A DNA stretch of 64,000 nucleotides from Candidatus Omnitrophota bacterium. GTDB lineage: Bacteria > Omnitrophota > Gorgyraeia > DTHP01. The stretch is from positions 9,935-73,934 of the forward strand of contig JAMWCW010000004.1 in assembly GCA_023819145.1 (NCBI GenBank). The letters run 5' to 3'. This document shows, piece after piece, positions 58,794-64,000 of this stretch (positions within the stretch are counted from its first letter, which is position 1; the number at the start of each line of letters is the position of its first letter). Both the position numbers and the translations under genes were made by a program. Below the pieces are notes generated by a model. The model was not told the DNA's origin and made no database searches. It saw nothing but the letters and a program-made list of their open reading frames with translations.

Positions 58794-60054
58794 AAACATC
58801 TCCCTCTTGGAAAAAATTTCTCATAAAGAAAAAGTGTCTATAAGACTATTACAAGAAAAATTAAAGAAAGGAACAGTAGTTATTCCTTTTAATAATAAGA
58901 GAAAAATAGTTAATCCCTGTGCTATCGGAGAAGGAATGCGTGTAAAAGTAAACGTTAATCTTGGAAATTCTTGGGATAATAACGGAGTAAAAGAAGAAAT
59001 CAAGAAATTAGAAATATCTATAAAATACGAGGCGGATACCGTAATGGACCTCTCTACGGGAAAAAATATAAGAGAAATCAGAAAGGCAATTTTGGATAAT
59101 TCTACCATTCCTGTCGGCACGGTTCCTATTTATGAAGCAGCGATAAAGGCAATGAATGAAAAAGGTAATATCTCTTCGATGACAGCTCAAGGTATAATGC
59201 GCACAATAGAAGAACAGGCAAAAGACGGAGTGGATTTTTTTACCATTCATTGCGGATTAAATAAAAGAACTTTAGAAGTTTTCTCTAAACAGAAGAGGAT
59301 AATGGATATTGTAAGTAGAGGAGGGGCTATTTTATTGAATTGGATGATAGCTACAAAAAAAGATAATCCTCTTTATGAACATTTTGACGATATACTGGAC
59401 ATTGCCAAAAATTATGGTATAGTTTTAAGTTTGGGGGACTCTCTCCGTCCCGGCTCAATAATCGATGCTACAGACCGTGCACAAATAGCAGAACTAATTG
59501 TACTTGGCGAATTGACTCAAAAAGCAAGGGAGAAAGGAGTCCAAGTCATCATCGAAGGGCCAGGACACATGACTTTAGACCAAATAGAAACAAACATAGT
59601 TGCCGAAAAGAAACTTTGTCAGGGAGCACCTTTTTACGTATTAGGCCCATTAGTCACCGATGTCGCCTTGGGGTATGACCATATAGCAGGGGCAATAGGA
59701 GCAGCTTACGCTGCTTATTGTGGTGCAGACTTTTTATGTTACGTAACTCCTGCAGAGCATCTGAGTTTACCTACTACTGAAGATGTTAAAGAAGGTCTGA
59801 TTGCCTTCAAAATTGCCGCTCATGCCGGAGATCTTGCCAGAGGCAATAAAGAAGCTTACAAAAAAGACAAAAATATATCCGTAGCGAGAAGAAAAAGAGA
59901 CTGGAAACAACAATTCGAATTCTGTCTTGACCCCCAGAAAGCAAAAATTTATCACTATCAAGGTATTTCTAAAATCAAAAATGTTTGTTCAATGTGTAGT
60001 AAATTTTGTTCAATTAAATTAGTGGACAAATGTCTTAAATCTTTAATAAAATGA
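58780..60054 (+). CDS. thiC: Phosphomethylpyrimidine synthase
   Basis: MDLST, GTVPIY, SRGG, LGDSLRPG, EGPGH, TPAEHL, CSMCSKFC. Confidence 0.93.
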   Translation: MEIYKNISLLEKISHKEKVSIRLLQEKLKKGTVVIPFNNKRKIVNPCAIGEGMRVKVNVNLGNSWDNNGVKEEIKKLEISIKYEADTVMDLSTGKNIREIRKAILDNSTIPVGTVPIYEAAIKAMNEKGNISSMTAQGIMRTIEEQAKDGVDFFTIHCGLNKRTLEVFSKQKRIMDIVSRGGAILLNWMIATKKDNPLYEHFDDILDIAKNYGIVLSLGDSLRPGSIIDATDRAQIAELIVLGELTQKAREKGVQVIIEGPGHMTLDQIETNIVAEKKLCQGAPFYVLGPLVTDVALGYDHIAGAIGAAYAAYCGADFLCYVTPAEHLSLPTTEDVKEGLIAFKIAAHAGDLARGNKEAYKKDKNISVARRKRDWKQQFEFCLDPQKAKIYHYQGISKIKNVCSMCSKFCSIKLVDKCLKSLIK

Positions 60055-60088
60055 TAAAAATAATAAAATTTTCTAATTATTCTAATAT

Positions 60089-60159
60089 GCGGGTGTAATT
60101 CAATGGCAGAATGACAGCTTCCCAAGCTGTATATGGCGGTTCAATTCCGCTCACCCGCT
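60089..60159 (+). tRNA. tRNA-Gly (anticodon CCC); CCA not encoded
   Basis: Acceptor GCGGGTG/CACCCGC, D-stem ATTC/GAAT, anticodon stem ACAGC/GCTGT with loop TTCCCAA, T-arm GGCGG-TTCAATT-CCGCT, discriminator T. Confidence 0.96.
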
Positions 60160-60168
60160 TTATCGAAA

Positions 60169-60837
60169 ATGCAAAAGCCAAGAAAGCAAATTTTGTATTT
60201 TGTATTCTGTATTTTAATTTCATGGGGGTGCGCAACTTCTCCTAAAAAAGAGACTAAAATTACTCCTGTTTGTCCGCAAGTAAAACCATTTAAAAAAGAA
60301 GGTGTATATCATCGAGTTAAGAGAGGAGAAACTCTTTGGAGAATTTCAAAATTGTATGGGGTGGAATTAGAGCAAATAGTAAAGGCAAATAACTTAAGTG
60401 ATGCTACAAAAATATACCAAGGACAATTAATTTTTGTTCCAACTTCTATTCAACATAACGAAATAAAAGAACATTCCAAAAAAGAATTTATCTGGCCTAT
60501 AAAAGGAAAAGTAATTTCTTTCTTCGGAACCAAAAGGGCGGACGGAACAGTAAATAGAGGAATTGACATTACCCCCGAAGAAAACCTTAATGTTGTAGCA
60601 ATTAGAAAAGGGAAAATAATCTTTTCTTCCGAGAGAATGAAGGGATTAGGAAAAACAATTATTATTGAACACGAAGACCAGATTCACAGCATATATGGAA
60701 ATAATTCATCAGTTTTTGTAAAACTTGGGCAAGAAGTCCAACAAGGAGAATTAATTGCAGAAGCGAAAAAAGATATTCTACATTTCGAAATACGTAAGGG
60801 ACATATACCTCAAAACCCTTTATATTTTCTACCTTAA
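60169..60837 (+). CDS. NlpD-like LysM plus degenerate M23 (dLytM) lipoprotein
   Basis: Lipobox SWGC, LysM HRVKRGETLWRIS, WPIKG, NRGID, YGN, LHFEIR; start moved to 60169 (after the tRNA). Confidence 0.9.
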   Translation: MQKPRKQILYFVFCILISWGCATSPKKETKITPVCPQVKPFKKEGVYHRVKRGETLWRISKLYGVELEQIVKANNLSDATKIYQGQLIFVPTSIQHNEIKEHSKKEFIWPIKGKVISFFGTKRADGTVNRGIDITPEENLNVVAIRKGKIIFSSERMKGLGKTIIIEHEDQIHSIYGNNSSVFVKLGQEVQQGELIAEAKKDILHFEIRKGHIPQNPLYFLP

Positions 60838-61074
60838 ATGCCAATATTTGAATTCAAATGTAAAAATTGTGGTAATAAATTTGAAGAGTTGATAAAAATG
60901 ATGTATTTACTAGAAAGTATAACTTGTCCCCATTGTCAAAGCAAAAATCTAGAAAAAATTTTCTCGAAATTCTCTATCGTTCAGTGTGGTAGAGAATCAA
61001 ATAATGAAACATCCTCATCTACAAATAAATGTTCGGGATGTTCCGCAAGCTCGTGTGCCAGTTGTAATGTTTAA
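60838..61074 (+). CDS. FmdB-family zinc-ribbon protein
   Basis: MPIFEFKCKNCG..FE, CPHC, C-terminal CSGC...CASC. Confidence 0.9.
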   Translation: MPIFEFKCKNCGNKFEELIKMMYLLESITCPHCQSKNLEKIFSKFSIVQCGRESNNETSSSTNKCSGCSASSCASCNV

Positions 61075-61101
61075 TAAAACAACTCGGCTGTAAAAAAGCC
61101 T

Positions 61102-62748
61102 ATGTTTACTGATCCTGTTACGGGAAACAATTTTTATGACCGGGAAGAATATTTAGATATACTCCTCAAAAGAGCGAAAGGCTTAGAGAAAGGATACAGA
61201 CAAAACATCGCTCTATTAGGAGAAGAAACTATCGGAAAGACTTCACTTATTCTGCATTTCCTCTCTAAAATTAAAGAAGATAGCTTTCGCGTTCTGCCCT
61301 TCTATTTAGAAATAGACACAGAACTAACATTTGACTATTTCGTTAAAAGGCTTATTTCTATAATACTTTTTAATATCATTAAACTAAATCACAAGACTGC
61401 GCCCTCCCATAATATAGATGAGCTCCTTAAACATTCTGAAGATTTAATTCCCAAGACAATACAGGAAGTCAAAAAATGTTTAGTGCATCTAAAAAATAGC
61501 AAATTTTATGATGCCTATATCACCATCCTAACTGTGCCCCAATCGCTATCTCAAGAATTAGGTATACCTGTGATTGTAATAATTGAGGAGTTTCATAGAT
61601 TAGAAAGATTCACCATTCTGCATAATCCCTTTAATGAATTGGCAAAGACAATAATGGTATCCAAGGACACAATGTACATTGTAACAAGTTCCTCTACAAC
61701 CCATGCTAAAAAAATCCTCTCTAAAGAATTAACTCTCCTATTTGGAAACTTTGAAATAATTAAACTGGAACCATTTGATATAAAAACAAGTAATAATTTT
61801 TTAGAAAAGCGTTTAGAATCCATTAAATGTAGTGCATACTATAGAGATTTCATCTCGGAAATCACTGGTGGACAACCTTTATACTTAAATATAATCTCTG
61901 AAGAAACGAAAATAACCGCTATCGAGAAAAAATCTAATTTCATCACTGACGAAATCCTCATTGAAGCAATCACCAGAATTCTATTTGATTCTATGGGTAT
62001 ACTCAATCAGATATTTTCCCATCGAATAAAAGAAATCCCTACTAACCGCTCACCTCTATCTTATACTTCCATTCTAATCTCGTTGGCTCATAAATGTTAT
62101 AAAACAAGAAATTTGAAAGAATTTCTGGATACTAAATCAGAAAAAGAATTCATAAATCACCTCAATACTTTAATAGAAATGAATTATATTGACAAAAATG
62201 GAGTATTTTACTACCTCAACGATGAACTATTTAGAATATGGCTAACTGAAGTATATGAAAGTAAAAGGTCTTCTCTGGATGTAGGGCTGGAAGTTAAAAG
62301 AGAATGTTTTAAACGTTATCTGAGGGAAAAACTCAATTCTTTCTTAAAAAACAGGAGAAAGAGTATAGTAGAACGGCTTCATGAACTTTTCGAAAACTTT
62401 GGTAATGAAACTGTATACTTTGGCTCCCGTAAGATAAAATTACCTAATTTTGATAACATAGAGATTAAAAATGCCCATAGCCGTTTACCCATATTGACTG
62501 GCAAAACCCGAGATAAATCCTGGATATTCGTAGTAAGTAAAGGACACCTTAATAGAGACTTAATGGAAGAAATTGATTGCCAATGTAATAAACTAAAACT
62601 CAAAAAAGAACGCAAATTTGTTATAGCCCTGGATAGCGTTGATGAAGACGCTCGTCTTATAGCAAAAGAGACAAAATTTATAACCTTGGAAAACCGAGAT
62701 TTAGACAGAATATTAAAACTCTATGGCAAATATAGGATTTTCTATTAA
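61102..62748 (+). CDS. Archaeal-type (ATPase_2/STAND-like) ATPase with wHTH and a C-terminal nuclease-like fold
   Basis: FYDREEYL, Walker A GEETIGKTS, Walker B VIIEEF, TGGQPLYL. Confidence 0.8.
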   Translation: MFTDPVTGNNFYDREEYLDILLKRAKGLEKGYRQNIALLGEETIGKTSLILHFLSKIKEDSFRVLPFYLEIDTELTFDYFVKRLISIILFNIIKLNHKTAPSHNIDELLKHSEDLIPKTIQEVKKCLVHLKNSKFYDAYITILTVPQSLSQELGIPVIVIIEEFHRLERFTILHNPFNELAKTIMVSKDTMYIVTSSSTTHAKKILSKELTLLFGNFEIIKLEPFDIKTSNNFLEKRLESIKCSAYYRDFISEITGGQPLYLNIISEETKITAIEKKSNFITDEILIEAITRILFDSMGILNQIFSHRIKEIPTNRSPLSYTSILISLAHKCYKTRNLKEFLDTKSEKEFINHLNTLIEMNYIDKNGVFYYLNDELFRIWLTEVYESKRSSLDVGLEVKRECFKRYLREKLNSFLKNRRKSIVERLHELFENFGNETVYFGSRKIKLPNFDNIEIKNAHSRLPILTGKTRDKSWIFVVSKGHLNRDLMEEIDCQCNKLKLKKERKFVIALDSVDEDARLIAKETKFITLENRDLDRILKLYGKYRIFY

Positions 62749-63943
62749 CCAAGACTACGAAGATAAATTATTTGCTCCTTACGCGGTAAAGAGTAGAATG
62801 AGCCGTTTACGTAAATATCCTGAAGAGGAACATCCCTACAGAGGAATTTATCAACGTGATAGAGATCGCATAATACATTCTACGGCTTTTCGCCGCCTTG
62901 AATATAAAACTCAAGTTTTTGTAAATCATGAAGGAGACCACTACCGTACAAGATTAACCCATACCTTAGAAGTTGCTCAAATAGGCCGTTCCATTGCTAG
63001 GGCACTACGGTTGAACGAAGATTTAGTAGAAGCGATAGCCCTTGCTCACGATTTAGGACACACCCCTTTTGGCCACTCAGGTGAAGAAATTTTACATGTT
63101 ATAATGAGAGAACACGGAGGATTTGACCATAATCTGCAAGGATTAAGGGTAGTAGACTATTTGGAAGAACGCTATCCTAATTTTAGAGGCCTAAATCTAA
63201 CTTGGGAAGTAAGAGAAGGAATTCTAAAACATACTACTCGTTTTGACTACGCAGGGAAAATAAATGCTACTGAGAACATAAAAAAAACCAACATACCCTC
63301 GCATTATGCAGGCATAGATTTAACAGATTTAGAACCAGCAATGCCTCCATCACTAGAAGCACAAATAGTTGATATAGCCGACGAAATTGCATATGATAAT
63401 CACGATTTGGATGACGGTTTAAATTCAAGGCTTTTGGATATAAAAGAAATACAAAAAATAGAACTATGGGAAAGAGCAAATAAGTTAATAAAAGAAAGAA
63501 ATCCTAATTTAGAAAGTAAAATAGAAAAAATACAAACCATAAGAAATATAATTGATTTACAGGTAAGTGATGTAATCAAGAATTCGGATAAGATAATCAA
63601 AGAAATAAATATAAAAACCTTGGCTGATGTAAGAAGTCGTTCTCAACGGATTATAGGTTTTAGTAAAGATATGGAATTAGCACGTCAACCTATGCGAGAT
63701 TATTTAATGAAAAATCTCTATAACCATTATCGTGTAATCCGTATGGCAGAAAAAGCGAGAAGATTTATTGAGGAACTTTTTAATGTATATATAAAAAGAA
63801 TGGAACAACTCCCTCCTACCAGTAGGAAGCGTCTCGCTACTGAAGACCCCTATAGAGTAGTTTGTGACTATATCGCGGGAATGACCGACCGTTATGCCCT
63901 AGAAGAATACAAAAAATTATTTGACCCCTTCGAGAAAGTATAA
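62723..63943 (+). CDS. dgt: Deoxyguanosinetriphosphate triphosphohydrolase
   Basis: RDRDRIIHS..FRRL..KTQV, RTRLTH, AHDLGHTPFGH, DYIAGMTD. Confidence 0.95.
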   Translation: MANIGFSINQDYEDKLFAPYAVKSRMSRLRKYPEEEHPYRGIYQRDRDRIIHSTAFRRLEYKTQVFVNHEGDHYRTRLTHTLEVAQIGRSIARALRLNEDLVEAIALAHDLGHTPFGHSGEEILHVIMREHGGFDHNLQGLRVVDYLEERYPNFRGLNLTWEVREGILKHTTRFDYAGKINATENIKKTNIPSHYAGIDLTDLEPAMPPSLEAQIVDIADEIAYDNHDLDDGLNSRLLDIKEIQKIELWERANKLIKERNPNLESKIEKIQTIRNIIDLQVSDVIKNSDKIIKEINIKTLADVRSRSQRIIGFSKDMELARQPMRDYLMKNLYNHYRVIRMAEKARRFIEELFNVYIKRMEQLPPTSRKRLATEDPYRVVCDYIAGMTDRYALEEYKKLFDPFEKV

Positions 63944-63955
63944 CTGTTTTCTCGC

Positions 63956-63984
63956 TTGAAAAATAAAAAAAACTCTGTTAGAAT
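63956..63984 (+). promoter_or_regulatory. sigma70 promoter for the next gene (TTGAAA-17-TAGAAT, extended -10 TG)
   Basis: Motif at the window end. Confidence 0.55.
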
Positions 63985-64000
63985 AGTTTAGATACATAAT

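Noticed and set aside
60133-60168. N-terminal extension of the LysM/M23 ORF in the ORF track
   Set aside because: It overlaps tRNA-Gly; ATG 60169 gives a proper lipoprotein signal peptide.
60089-61100. tRNA-Gly as an integration site for an island
   Set aside because: No integrase, no duplicated tRNA 3' end seen, and the flanking genes are housekeeping.
404-63600. Many 60-160 aa antisense or alternate-frame ORFs in the ORF track
   Set aside because: They are shadows of well-supported genes with no motifs or RBS; expected from codon bias.

Overview
AT-rich, gene-dense chromosomal segment from a diderm bacterium using genetic code 11. Gene content and synteny suggest the PVC group, possibly Ca. 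Omnitrophota (inference only). Almost all of it is housekeeping: partial era; a MarR-TolC-MFP-RND efflux operon; a yvcK-GH57-ptsH-ptsI-pgi/pmi-metK-ahcY block; lptFG/comF; pilMNOPQ; guaB3; dnaE; mreBCD-mrdA-rodA; pilT; rlmN; aroQ-pepP-efp-accBC-asp23-amaP-pfk-gmhA-hldC-thiD2-thiE-thiC; tRNA-Gly(CCC); a LysM/M23 lipoprotein; an archaeal-type ATPase; and dgt. I found no integrase, transposase, CRISPR array or rRNA. The most notable feature is in the only long intergenic gap (42194-42799): two tandem copies of a ~62-nt nested-stem RNA-like motif with three compensatory base-pair changes between the copies. They lie on the minus strand just downstream of a near-consensus sigma54 (-24/-12) promoter and an exact IHF consensus site, with no convincing ORF downstream. 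This looks like a sigma54-controlled structured small RNA that I cannot assign to a known family. Other points: two frameshifted genes (uppP, and an M16 protease broken at a (GA)5 tract), a PBP2 with KTG changed to KTA, an RND adaptor lacking its alpha-hairpin, a YkgJ-DUF2156 fusion, short periodic repeats inside genes, and several apparently leaderless genes. Family assignments come from motif recognition by eye; no database searches were run.
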